A DNA stretch of 64,000 bases from Octopus vulgaris (GCA_951406725.2 OX597842.1:14694001-14758000); one strand, 5' to 3'; positions 12,345 through 25,412 are shown, counted from the stretch's first letter. Notes: generated by a model from the sequence alone, not told the origin. Translations and numbers: made by a program.

Positions 12345-14432
12345 ATGTGGTACCGGTGTCTGAGGTGTGTTGTTGGGCTGCTGATGGGTGGTTGGTGCCC
12401 GTTGGGGTGTTGATTCTGTGGGTGTTGTCACCGATGCAACAGGTGTTGTACACGTTGTCCTCGACAGCTTTGGTGTTGGGCGGATGTGGGCCCTGTTGCG
12501 TCTCAGCTGCCTACCAGATTCCGTTTCTATTATATACGATCTAGGATTTTCAGCTCTACTGACAACCTGTGCTGGGATCCATGTTTTAGTTATGGCATCT
12601 TGAGTATGCACATGTTGTCCTCCAAGTATCTCAGGTAAGTATTGTGCATGTTTGTTGTAATATTTCTGTGATTGTTCTTGAGTGGCAGCTAGCTTTGCCA
12701 TTGTCTCTTCCTGGTCAATAGGAGGTTGGATCTTGGTTGGCAGGGTAGTTTTGTACTTCCTGCCACTCTGCAATTCTGCTGGGGATTTCATGTCAGCTAT
12801 GAGTGGGTCGCTGGTAGGGACAGAAGTGCCAGGTGTGGGTCTTCCTTAGTCTCTTGGCATTTGACTAGTGTTCTCTTCACTGTCTGCACCTGTCTTTCTA
12901 TAAACCCATGGCATTTGAGATAGTGTGGAGATGAGGTTGTAATATTGAACCCATACACATCGGCTAGCTTTTTGAATTCTTGCGATGTGAACTGGGTTCC
13001 ATTGTCACATATGATCTGCTCTGGTATTCCTTGCTCTGCTAGAAGTCCTCGACCCACTGTAGTGATTGTTTTGGCTCTCAGGTCTTTCACTGTTCTCACA
13101 AATTTGGAGTAGTAGCATTCTTGGCTTTCCGTGAACAGATCTACTCCAATAGTTTGCCATGGCCTTCTTGGGATGTCACTAGATATCATTTCCTCCTTTT
13201 GTTGTGAGTTTCTGTACTTTTGACTGATGTGGCATGTAGAAACTGTCTTTTCTATGTCTTTGTACATGCCTACCCAATATACTGCTGACTTGGCTCGGAG
13301 CTTGCATTTCTCCATTCCTAGATGCCCTTGGTGGATCTTGTCAAGAATCTCTTTTTGCATTCACTTGGGTATGATTATTGGGGATCCAGCCATCAGGATT
13401 CCATTCTCCACTGATATATCTTCATGGATGGCCCAATATTCACGAAGGAGGGGCTGCACCTGACGTCTCTTTTCTGGCCACCCTTGAAACACCATCTGAG
13501 TAAGGAGCTGGTGTTCTTCACCTTTGCTGGTCTCCTCTTTGATTTCTGCTAGCTTTGTAGTTGTTACATTTACAATGTGGTGGACCTTTATGCTTAGTCC
13601 TTCCATCTCCTGTTTATCATGTGAGGATAGTCTGGAAAGAGCATCCGCCAATATCAGGACTTTTCATGTCGTATGTTTGAAGCCTTAACAGTAATCTTTG
13701 CAGTCTGGCTGGTGCTTTCGTGAGGTTTTTTCTATGTATTTGTTCTAGCGGGCGATCGTCTGATTCAATATTGAAACGTCTGCCATACACGTATGTATGG
13801 AACTTTCCACATCCATATACTACTGCCAGGAGTTCCTTTCAATATTTGCGTACCTTGCCTTTGTGGGCGAGAGAGCTTTCGAAGCATATGCAATGGGTTT
13901 ACCTTCCTGTACCAGTGCTGCGCCAACTCCTCTCATAGAAGCATCGACTTGGAGTATTACTGGTTTGCGTCTGTAATAATATTGCAGAGTTGTCTCCTTA
14001 CTGATGAGCTTTTTGATTGCTTTGAAATCCTGTGTGTGTGAAGCACACCAATCAAACTCTACGTCATCTTTGTTTAGTTCTCGGAGATTTGCAGTGTGAT
14101 CGGCCAGCTTGGGTGTGAAGACTCCCATGTAGTGGATGAGTCCCAGGAAGCTCCTGAGTTCCTTCTTGTCTTTGGGTTCTTTGATGTCGCTGATGGCTTC
14201 TACTTTGGCGGGGTCTGGTTTAACTCCCTCTGCAGAGTATATAATTCCAAAGAATTTGCACTCCTTTGCTTTTATCACACACTTGCCTGCATTGAGTTTG
14301 ATACCTGCTTGTCGGGTTTTCTCCATAGCTTCATGTAAAATGAAGTCACGTGTGGTCTCATCCTTGCCATGCACTTAGATGTCATCTGCTATCCCAATTG
14401 CTCCCTTGCAGCCTTGGTATGTCTCATCTTTT
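12345..14432 (-). mobile_element. Ty3/Gypsy pol fragment (RT C-terminus, RNase H, integrase), disrupted, copy A
   Basis: GIADDI*VHG, LQVDASMRGVGAALVQEGKPIAYASKAL, ADALSR, HHCC zinc knuckle (IHQGH..CHIS), DDE core (GVDLF, CDNGTQF, GFIERQVQ) and C-terminal [16 protein letters not shown]. Frameshifts near 13360 and 12800. No LTR seen. Confidence 0.93.
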
Positions 14433-14434
14433 TG

Positions 14435-15545
14435 GCGTAGTAATATTTATATACTTTAGATACAGTTCTTACTGTTTACTAATGTTATGTGTCGTTTCCT
14501 TCGAATGGACGACAGACAACTCAAATGAAGGCATTGTTACCATTTTACGTGTTTATTTGTTTTACATGTTACACGAACTGTCCGACATTCAGCGTAGTAA
14601 TATTTATATACTTTAGACACAGTTCGTACTGTTTACTAATAAAATAGTGCCAAAAGTGGGGATGTATTCTACACACGTATGCCTACGTATACACATAGAT
14701 ATGAATGTGTAACAACAATTAATAAGTCTAAATTTATTCGTACATGGAAACAAATACAACAGTTGTTGTTAACAGCCTCCCCGCATTATATTTTACGTCA
14801 CTCCATCTATATCTACGTTCTTAAGATATCTTAGTGGAGGGAGGAAGTGAGAGAGTGTGTGACTGTATATCTGAAAAGGAGCATTCTGAACAGGAGACAA
14901 AGAGAAAAGGAAAAGAATATATATTTTTATGTAGGTGGCTAGAACAGATGCTTATTTGGTTGGGCCAGCTCACCAGGAGATGTGAAAGAAAAATATTTCC
15001 AAAGTGAAAGATCTCGAATCTTCCTTGTCCACAAGTGTTTACTTAGTAGAATTTTTTTAGCTCTCCCTGTTGGATATGTTGTCTGTGAATTATGGTCCGT
15101 TCGTATAAAGAATCACCAGTTTCACTTATATAGTTCTCCTTGCCCGTGGGTCAGGTTATGCAATATATTAAATTCTATGTCTTGCATTTCATGTTTGCAT
15201 TTGCTTTGAATGTGTGTCCATTCTTAAATTTTATTTGGTTGTTTCTCTCTATATATTTGTAGATGGCGTTCCTGCAGATCCCACATCTACCATCTCCACA
15301 TTCTTTCACAAAGAATTCGATTTCATTCTCTGATGAGAATTTTGCTCTTGTCAGTTGGTTTTTCAGCTGTTTCTCTTGGCGTTTACTGTTTCTTATGCAG
15401 TATTTGTTTAATAAGTTTCTCGTTTCCTTCCCTTCTCTAAATGCCCAAGGAATGACACCTTCTTCAGAAAAAATATGGAACAACACTTCATAGCAAAATT
15501 CTACCCGAAACTCAATGCCTGAAAATATGCAAATCACATCAACTT
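14435..15545 (-). mobile_element. Penelope-like element 3' remnant (GIY-YIG) with duplicated tail
   Basis: CGDGRCGIC...CKT*NLIYCIT*PTGKENYISETGDSLYERTIIHRQHI. A ~49-bp direct repeat lies at 14435-14483 and 14592-14640. Copy at ~55661-56770. Confidence 0.75.
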
Positions 15546-15769
15546 CCTTATAAACCCATATGGAACCCTAAGATATATGCATAAGTGTGTGTGTGTATGT
15601 ATATACATAAATAGAAATATTCTTGCATCCGGATTTTCAAACCATACCAACTTGGGAACCAAGCATTGGACAATGATGATGATGATGATAATAATAAGTC
15701 CAGACAACTTTTTGAAAGATAACTTTCATTATTCCTAATTAAAACAGACCCCACCTTACAGTAACCACG

Positions 15770-17000
15770 ATTAAGTACTTTCCTCTTTGAAAGACACCTC
15801 ACCTCTGTGAGCAGATGTCTGTGTTGTGAATCCATATCGATATAATACTGCTCGAATAAACGCCATTTTTTCTGGTCTTGTTTTGATATAATTTACAATC
15901 TCAACAGCGTGATTCAAAATTTCGCTTAATTTATCTCCTAATGCTTTTGCCATCAATGCTTCTCTATGAAGAAAGCAGTGAGTTATGATGACATTTTTAT
16001 TTTTATTTTTTATAAAGGATGTCAGGCCCTTAAGGCAGCCTACCATTGATGGAACTCCATCTGTACAAACCCGACACATGGCTTCCATGGTATTTGCCAT
16101 TCGCACAGGTAACTATTCGAAATGTTGTAAACATCTTCGTCCTTTGTAGTCGCATCTAATTCTCTGCAGAAAAGAAATTGATTTACAAGTTGATCTTCAT
16201 CAATAAAAGGAATAAATGCTAAGAGGTGAGCTTTGTGGCGTTGTCTGTTGACTCATCAATTTGTAAAGCAAACTCTGTGGAGGCACATGGCCCAGTGGTT
16301 AGAGCAGCGGACTCGCGTTCGAGGGATCGCGGGTTCGAATCTCAGACCGGGCGATGCGAGTGTTTATGAGCGAAAACACCTAAGCTCCACGCGGCTCCGG
16401 CAGAAGGTAATGGTGGACTTCTGCTGACCATTCCGCCAAAACTTTCTCTCACTCTTTCCTCCTGCATCTTGCAGCTCACCTGTGACAGACCGGCGTCCCA
16501 TCCAGGTGGGGAACCTATACGCCAAGAAACCGGGAAACCGGCCCTTATGAGCCAGGCATGGCTCAAGAAGGAACAAACAACAAATGCAAAGTCTGAATAC
16601 TGAAGATTATTACTACAAACGTTTTTTGTTTTCTCGATATTAGATGACGTTTCTAGAATACGTCTGAGAACAGCATCGTTAGAGACAAGGTTCCTATTTA
16701 CTTCTTTTGCTGCATAATTTCCCAGCATTGTCTTCACAATCTTCTTATACGCAGACAGAATGAGTGACTCGCCTAAAGTATGAGCTTTCATATTTTGTGC
16801 TATCAGTTCTGAAACCTCGTTGGAGGCGATTTGAGATTTTTTCAGAAATCGTCATCGTACTTTCGAAAGAGTTTCCTGCGATCGTCTGCTGTTCTACCTA
16901 TCTTTTGAAATAACTTATAGAATTACCTTATAAATAAGAGTGCTTGGTTTTTAAATACTTACCCAGTTTACTAGGAACCAATGATTCATTTCACATTTAC
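15770..17000 (-). mobile_element. hAT (Buster/Charlie; ZBED5/ZBED8/SCAND3-like) transposase relic, copy A
   Basis: NESLVPSKL, KAHTLGESLI, FALQIDESTD, CTDGVPSMVG, THCFLHREAL and TEVRCLSKRKVL. Frameshifted and split by a SINE. Confidence 0.88.
16278..16585 (+). mobile_element. Full-length tRNA-derived SINE with target-site duplication
   Basis: A box TGGCCCAGTGG, B box GGTTCGAATCT and an AAC-rich tail. 10-bp TSD GCAAACTCTG (16268-16277) / GCAAAGTCTG (16586-16595). Confidence 0.9.
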
Positions 17001-17358
17001 ATTCACATATGTAATCAAGGAGATCCATGTTGAATTGACCAAGGCCGATGGTGAGATGATTCCTTGGCAAAGATAAAAGATGTATCTGTCTACTTCCGAA
17101 ACTAAACCTACCTGCCTATTTTACATCCCTCTGTGGTCAGTATAGTATCAATCATCCCTCAAGAGTCCATAGATACGCGAGTAAAATTACTAATAGAGAA
17201 ACGAAAATAAAACTTTGGAAACAGCAACGCCATCATAGGTTACATGGAAACGATGAACGTCATTTTTTCAACTAAATCTCTTCAAGGCGTTGCCCCAGCA
17301 TGGCCCCGGTCAAATGATTGAAACAAGTAAAAAAACAAAAGAATGATACATATATATA

Positions 17359-17500
<142 letters not shown>

Positions 17501-17512
17501 TGTGTGTGTGTA

Positions 17513-17550
17513 TCTTTCTGTAGAAGAGTTTAGGCTCGAAACGTAAAAGA
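17513..17550 (+). ncRNA. Variant minimal hammerhead motif (A6U, extra A after A9)
   Basis: UCUUU-CUGuAGA-A-GAG-uuuagg-CUC-GAAA-CG-UA-AAAGA. Copy at ~58753-58790 and a more decayed relative on the minus strand at ~23062-23097. Confidence 0.5.
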
Positions 17551-17638
17551 CTTTTTCTATTCCTGAGCGCTATACTAATACAGCTGCTTATTTGTACACA
17601 ACCTGCCTTCGTCTTTTGTTTATTTTCGTAAACGTTCC

Positions 17639-17698
<60 letters not shown>

Positions 17699-17709
17699 AT
17701 TCCTTTTAA

Positions 17710-18055
17710 TGGAGCACCACCTTTCGTCGATGAAATTGACCTCAGGCTTATTCTTTATAACTTAGTCTGTCGGTCTATTTTGCCGAACCGCTAAATTATG
17801 GGGACGTAAACATACCAACATCGTTTGTCTAGTGGTGGTGGCAGCACAAACGCAGACACAACCACACAGACACACACACACATATATATAAACGACGGGC
17901 TTCTCTCTGTTTCCGCCTACAGAATCTACCCACAAAGCTTTGGTAGACTCGAGAGTATAGTAAAAGATACTGGTGTAAGGTGCCACGCAGTGGGACTGAA
18001 TCGGGGACCCTTTGGTTGGGAGGCAAGTTTCTTTATGACACAGCCACTCCTGCGT
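17710..18055 (-). mobile_element. Abundant tRNA-derived SINE (Octopus-type), diverged
   Basis: Reverse complement of the family seen at 26603-27050 (GCAGGAGTGGCTGTG..CAGTCCCACTGCGTGGCA..TTTACGTCCCC). Copy at ~59340-59700. Confidence 0.85.
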
Positions 18056-18058
18056 GCA

Positions 18059-18177
<119 letters not shown>

Positions 18178-18235
18178 GTATTGAGATAAATAAAAACAAG
18201 GCTGTGTAGATTATATATATATATTTATATATATA

Positions 18236-18680
18236 GGCGCAGGTAACAGGTTCAGTCCCACTGTATTGCACATTGGGCATGTTGGATCGGCCAAATCCTT
18301 GTGAGAGGATCTCATAGAGGGAAACTGAAAGAGCCCTGTCATATATTGGTGTGTTTACGTCCCCGTAACATGGCGGTTCGGCAAAAGGACCCGATAGAAT
18401 AAGTACTAGACTTACAAAGAATAAGTCCTGGGGTCTATTTCTTTGACTTAAGCCGGTGCTCCAGCCTGGCCGCTGTCAAAGGGCTGAAACAAGTAAAAGA
18501 ATAAAAGAATATATATGTGCAGGAGTGGCTGTGTGGTAAGTAGCTTGCTAAACAACCACATGGTTCCGGGTTCAGTCCCACTGCGTGGCATCTTGGGCAA
18601 GTGTCTTCTGCTATAGCCCCGGGCCGACCAATGCCTTGTGAGTGGATTTGGTAGACGGAAACTGAAAGAAGCCTGTCGTA
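18236..18680 (+). mobile_element. Two tandem SINE copies (one internally deleted, one 5' half)
   Basis: GGTTCAGTCCCACTG, GGAAACTGAAAGA and CTGAAACAAGTAAAAGA motifs. The second copy (18517-18680) is absent from copy C. Confidence 0.85.
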
Positions 18681-19429
18681 TATATATATTGTGTGTGTGT
18701 GTATGTGTGTATACTGTCGTGTCCAGATGAGTCGTATTGTTTTAATACATTATATTCTAACACACACACACATGTTTGATTTCCACTCATTCATTATTTA
18801 GAATTTTTCTTCTAAAAGGTTGCAAAATTATAGAATTAATGGCTATTAATTAAATAGAATGAATTCTAGGTTCCGCGTGGTCACAAAGAATATTTAACTT
18901 CAGTTCTTTTCTTTTCCTTTCATCTATCAATCTTTCACTCTTTCTTAAAAGTTCACAAGCAGAAATAATCTTTTTAATCGTTACTTTTTAATTTTTAGCT
19001 CTTAATTTTTCACAGTTAATTTTCAATGTATTCTCTTAACTTACGAATCTGTTTCTAACATTTTATTTCTCCTTACTGACCACTGAACTAAAGTTAGATA
19101 TTCTTTCTCACCATGCTGACCCTAGAATCCATCTAAATAATTACCCCCCTTCTCCACTTTACCAGAACTGGCTCCTCAACCCTGACCAAGAATAATTCAG
19201 GTCTCTTTCCTCTTAACTTTATCCTTATTTTTATTTTTCATTTCTCATTTTTGTTTTTAATTTCACTCTCATTCTTTTCAACACTTATCCTCCTCCTTTC
19301 TTTTCTTTCTTTTCTCTCTTCACTCCCAACCCTCTTCTCACTGATATCTCTCTCTCACACTATACCTTCACGTGGCTCATTTCCTACAAGCTAACCACTA
19401 AGTCTATTCCTTCAATCTGAACGCAACAT

Positions 19430-19850
19430 TCAAAATACAGTCGGGATTTATCTGGCATTATACTTAAGGACCTATACCTTCACGGAAGTACGGACTAATC
19501 TCCATACACTCCAGAACAAGATGAGCTAAGAACTTTATTCTCCTGTCTTTATTCTTCTGTCTACAGCTTTATTCTTTTATACACCGTGAATTCCCTGTCT
19601 GGAACTTTCCAAAATATGCACCTTGTCTCCAATGACAGAATTCCAAGATACTGACACGTCATGTGGGATATCCTAAATGAACTGAGATGCTTTTCCTGCA
19701 TCGGTTTTGTTGTCCATTTGACTTTAATATATAACAGATAACTTGGAAGCTTACTACGGATCCGTAGCTCCAACCTCAGCAGTGAACTTGGAACCTGACG
19801 GATGACCAATTATAGCACTTATACAGCGTAGCTATTCGTTTACGAACTAT
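19430..19850 (+). repeat. Interspersed repeat family, possibly PLE terminal-repeat-derived
   Basis: Homologous to 21100-21640 (+), 26090-26585 (-), 42920-43430 (-), 61850-62330 and 63730-64000. Shared motifs are CTTCACGGAAGTACG, GTGAATTCCCTGT, GGGATATCC and CTGACGGATGACCAATTATAGC. Confidence 0.6.
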
Positions 19851-19880
19851 ACACTATATGCTCTCTCTCACTCTCTCTCT

Positions 19881-20043
<163 letters not shown>

Positions 20044-20682
20044 TGCGTATACATGTATTTTTTTAAGAAGTGCTGTCGAATTTCATATTTATCCCTAGTA
20101 ACAACTACGTAAATAATCTTCCCCAATCTATTAACCCAAAATTGTAATGTTATGATTGGGATTTTTTGCTATTCATACATTTTATTCTTCCTTTTAGATT
20201 CACGCCTTAACTCCCACCGCAACTCTTCTTGCTCAATAAAAGATATACTTTAAAAGTTTGATATTTTTGAGACATAATTTTCTTTTATGCAATTGCGACT
20301 GTCTTTTGTATTTTATCAATACATCGACCAACCTCCATACACATACATATGTATGAATTTCTGTATGTATGTATGTATGTATGTATGTATGTATGTATGT
20401 ATGTATGTATGTATGTATGTATGTGTGTACGTGTGAGTGTTTGTATGTATATCTGTGTGTATGTTTAAGTGTTCGTGTGTACTTGCCATGACGCAGTTTG
20501 TGTATACATAACATACACGCATCAAACCTTTATTGTATTAGAGAACAAACGAAATAGTAAAATCTTTCAAACTCTTTCTTTACATCTTGGTTACGCCCAA
20601 CAAACCTCCTGCTTTACACAAACATATGTATACATGTATATATGTGGGTGTATGTATTTATGTACCTATCTACCTATCTATA

Positions 20683-20727
<45 letters not shown>

Positions 20728-20752
20728 GTCTATCAATATATCTATCTATCAT

Positions 20753-20820
<68 letters not shown>

Positions 20821-21018
20821 CCTACCTATGTATGTATGAATGTATAAATATATACATATATACATATGTATTTATGTATATACGTATACAAATATATGTA
20901 TATATGTATTTATATATATATATATATATATATCAATATCTGTGTATCTATCTAACTACCTATGTATGTGTATATGTATAAATATATACATATATTCATA
21001 TGTATTTATGTATATACG

Positions 21019-21052
<34 letters not shown>

Positions 21053-21675
21053 TACATACATGCATACATACATATATACATACACACTCATATATTGCCA
21101 AAATACCATCTGGATTTACCTTGAATTATACTTAAGTGCCTATATCTTCACGGAAGTACGAACCAACATCCATACCGCAAGAAGATGAGTCGTGAACGTT
21201 ACACTACTATCTGTATTCTTCTACCTACTGTTTTACTCTTTATTCTTCTCTCTGGTATTCTATTCCTCATAAACCGTGAATTCCCTGTGTAGAACATTCA
21301 TATGTACTAACCTTGTCTTTGATGTACGGTCACGCTAGCCAATCACTTGGGATATCCCAGAAACAGCTGTACGGCATCCAATAGTTAAATACTTAACTAT
21401 TTAATTGCTTAATTACTTCACATTCATCTTGCTCTAATTAAATATTTTAAATGACCTGACATACTCGTCCAGTTTTGTTTTTTGTTGTCCTTTTTCCTCT
21501 AATATATACCTGCTGAATCGGAAGCCTAATACGGGTGCCTAGATCAAGCCTCAGATATGAACGTGGTACCTGACGGATGACCAATTATAGCAATTAATCA
21601 GCGTACCTGTTCGTTTAGATCATCAGTGAACTAAACACCCTTAGTGAATATTGTGTATAAATATTATGTATACAC

Positions 21676-21719
<44 letters not shown>

Positions 21720-21794
21720 AAATATTAGGGAATAAATCCAAACTTACAGGGAAAAATCAGATTTAGGATTGAATCCAATTTTATAGTAAAATAT

Positions 21795-22009
21795 TTTATT
21801 ATATTAAATTAGAGACAAAACCACTATTAGGCAAATCATACAATGAAAAACTTGAGCCAATACATAAGATTATTTAACTTATATTATTTAAATATAAAAT
21901 TTTGTTATATATTTAAATGATATAAATTAAATAATCTTATGTATTGGCTTAAGTTTTTCATTGTATGATTTGCCTAATAGTGGTTTTGTCTCTAATTTAA
22001 TATAATAAA
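21795..22009. repeat. Long AT-rich palindrome (~100-bp arms) in a short element flanked by (TA)n
   Basis: TTAGAGACAAAACCACTATTAGGCAAATCATACAATG... pairs with ...CATTGTATGATTTGCCTAATAGTGGTTTTGTCTCTAA. Spacer about 10 bp. Confidence 0.9.
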
Positions 22010-22017
22010 TATTTTTC

Positions 22018-22066
<49 letters not shown>

Positions 22067-22072
22067 GGAAGT

Positions 22073-22379
22073 GTCATTCAATATGACTGAAGGTGTTACA
22101 ATACCTATGCCGCTAGAAATAAGAGCTAAATGGCTCTGTTGCTGCTGTCAACGCACATATGATTTTATACACACATGCCAGCAGCGACTGTAGATGAAAG
22201 CGAGTGACAACTACTGACATCTCTATACCGTACGGTTTCATCTCTACACCGGTATATATGTATATATGTAGATCGGTATACATGTGCATGATAGCAGCAA
22301 CATAGCCATTTAGCTTTTATATATAGCAACTTCAGTCATTTAGCGCTTATTTCTAACACTTTCAGTCATATCTAATGAC
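22073..22379. mobile_element. MITE-like element with long imperfect terminal inverted repeats
   Basis: GTCATTCAATATGACTGAAGGTGTTA..GCTAAATGGCTCTGTTGCTGC pairs with GCAGCAACATAGCCATTTAGC..TAACACTTTCAGTCATATCTAATGAC. Copy at ~39015-39290. Confidence 0.75.
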
Positions 22380-22499
22380 GTTTATTGTTTTCCTTTTAGG
22401 TGAAACTCTGCTAACTAGCTGCCTCATTTAATTACACAACCTATACTCTCACACACACATAAATACATTTGTACACCTGTATATATGCAACTATCAGTC

Positions 22500-22745
22500 T
22501 ATGTTCAATATTCCTGGGTCGTGTGTGTAGAGTCCTGAGTTATCTCCTCCACACGTTCCAATCAGAAGGAACTGGCATTACACTTTCCGGCTGGATTCCC
22601 TCGATTGGCACCTCGTTTTGCACCTCATTTCTTAAACTTCCTAATCCCATGACAATCGTACCGGAAGTATATACAATTTGTGGGGAAAACTAATGATTCG
22701 ACTTGGGGAAATTTCCATGTATTCGAGCTACGTTCAGTGTCTCGC
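22500..22745 (-). mobile_element. Decayed LINE ORF2 3' end
   Basis: The longer copy at 39420-39730 translates on the minus strand as RGRPTTSCLENI..GIQSESEMTVPSHWNVWRR*LRTL, resembling the RGRP..W..DR..WR C-terminus of RTE-type LINEs. Confidence 0.5.
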
Positions 22746-22747
22746 AA

Positions 22748-22808
<61 letters not shown>

Positions 22809-22897
22809 TTGTGTATGTGTGTATATGTGCTTCTTTCTCTGCAGATGAAACATGTAGTATAGATACATACATACATACATACCTATTTACCTGCATG

Positions 22898-22966
<69 letters not shown>

Positions 22967-23181
22967 TATATATATATAGTTCAAATTTACATGACACAAA
23001 AGTCGAAAGAAGGTGAGGGAAGAACAATCAAAAGTTTTAATTTGGGAAGAATGGAAAAACCTATGACGTGTCGAGCCTACGCTCTTCGATAGAAAATGTT
23101 GAGATGAATAAATGGAGAGAGAACGAAAAGAAAAGGACGGGGATAAAATATGGGTTGGGATCAATGGTTCGACGTAATGTA

Positions 23182-23213
<32 letters not shown>

Positions 23214-23293
23214 CGTATACGTAGAAAGTTTACGTCGTCGCAATGATTATTACACCTTTTGCATTCACGTCTCAACTCCTACCACACACATAT

Positions 23294-23356
<63 letters not shown>

Positions 23357-24334
23357 TGTCGCAATGATTATGATATATAATCCTTTTGAATTCACGCCTC
23401 AACTCCTACTGCAACACTCGTTGTTGAATAGAATATTTGCTTGGGTATTTCGATAATTTGGAGACGTAATTCATTGCACAATTGTAAATATCTTTTGTAT
23501 TTTATCAATATGGTGACCATCCCAAATATAGACACATATAAACACTCACACATTCGCAAATATGTGTGTGTGCGTGTGTGTTTGTACATACATATGCGTA
23601 GGCATTATATAATTGTATAAAATCATACACAATATAAACCTTTGTAAACTTTATTGCATTTGAGAGCAAATGAAATTAGTGACTTTTCTGCTTAACATCC
23701 TAGCTACACCCAAGAAATATCCGCCTCACACTTACTCGCACACAAACACACACTCATACACATAGACGTGTGTGTGTGTATGAATATCTCTGTGTGTATA
23801 TACGAATGTGACCACTTTGTCACTATGCAGCTGCGCCCTATTCCGGTATTTGTAGAGACTTCAATGCCAAAGTTTGGTACAAACCCTTATGTGGTCATCC
23901 ATCCCTATTCTGCCGGACATCTTTTCCGGTGTGCATGAAAGTGTGTGTATATAAAAGTACACGCATATATATTTATATTATTATACTTACGTGTATATGA
24001 ATGCATTTTTATTTGGGTTTTCCCCATCTTTTCATCTCGGAACTGTCATAAACGAGCCTCACCATCACACAAGAGATGAGATTCATCTTTAACTGCCTGT
24101 TTAAAAATATGTCCATCTTTGACAATGTTGTATCTTTCTGGGAAAGAGGCGATGTCTAGCGAGAGGAAAGGGATTCGTGTGTAGAATATCTGAACAATGA
24201 ACACCGTTCGACCCAAGCATTATGAACTGAGGGACGTTACAATCATGACGACGACGACGACGACGATGACGACGACGACGACGATGACGACGACGATGAT
24301 GATGATGATGATGCTGGTGATCAACATCATCATC

Positions 24335-25063
24335 ATAGCATTTTGTTCTCTCATTTGTTTGAGTCAGTGACCCTGAAGCTTATTGCTGCAGCAATGTGAA
24401 TTGTTTTACTCTATGAAACTGAATACCGTATTTGTTTGAAGCAGTCTAACCAACTCAAAATCATAATTTTATGCTAAATTTCAGTACAAGTGTGGGATAC
24501 TGCCAACTGTAAAGAATGACATAACCTTCTAAATAGAAGTAATGATGGAACTTCTTTTAATATCTGGAAAACACCATTGTTGATTCCTATCATTACTCTA
24601 GCCTAGTTGGTTCCTATAGCCAGTAAAAGTTTTATATCTAATTTCGTTTTCACTAATTAAATTTTTAAAACATCTTCAATGCCATCTACACCACGTATTT
24701 CTAAAGATAATATTCTGAAATATGTATGTACCACCGGTGGAGGCGGAGGAGCTGGAAAAGTTCATAACTTGATAAAGATCCTTATGAAAAACTTTCATTT
24801 GAAGCTTCAAGAAAGTGAAAAGAAAATTCAACACTAGCCGATTTTACTAAACTTTGGCTATAAGATAAATTAACGAAAGTAGAAAACGAAGAAAAAGATG
24901 AAAAAAGGGTAACTATTGAGATAATGTCATGATCAGAGAAAAATTCAAAATAAAATTTTAAATCTTCTATTTTTCCTGCTAAATGCTGAATTCAAAAACT
25001 TTTTGCTAAATGCTGAAAAAATAATGCTAGATCTATCATAAATATGCTAAATTGGCAACCCTG
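24335..25063 (-). mobile_element. hAT transposon relic (ZNF862/KIAA1586-like) with left TIR
   Basis: Minus strand starts CAGGGTTGCCA (25063-25053). Translation gives LAIGTN*ARVMIGINNGVFQILKEVPSLLLFRRLCHSLQLAVSH. Copy at ~40955-41684. Confidence 0.75.
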
Positions 25064-25412
25064 GTGTGAAGCCTTCTAATTATTCTTTCTCAACTCTTAT
25101 ATGCTAAGTTACTCGCATTGTGTGGTAAGTAGCTTGCTAACCAACCACATGGTTCCGGGTTCAGTTCCACAGCGTTGGGACTTGCTCGACTAAAAGGCGG
25201 TGCTCCAGCATGGCCGCAGTCATATGACTGAAACAAGTAAAAGAGAGTATATATATACATATACATATATATATGTATATAATGATAAGAGTAAATAATT
25301 TCTATAATGGTTTTTTAAAAAAAAACAATTATTTACTGGTAGAATTTGGTATGTAAATATAGCCGATTAACGGTAGGAACTTTTGTAAAGTTCAGTATAT
25401 TTATTTTATATA

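Noticed and set aside
14435-14640. Direct repeat pair resembling a CRISPR repeat-spacer unit or an LTR
   Set aside because: There are only two ~49-bp copies, in a eukaryotic context with no cas genes and no TG..CA ends. A PLE tail duplication explains it better.
16278-16352. Possible tRNA gene
   Set aside because: It has no proper acceptor stem and continues into a SINE body with a tail and TSD.
18716-18750. CaGAUGA-GUCGUAUU..AAUAC partial hammerhead (copy at ~61100-61135)
   Set aside because: The core is mutated and the motif is truncated before GAAA.
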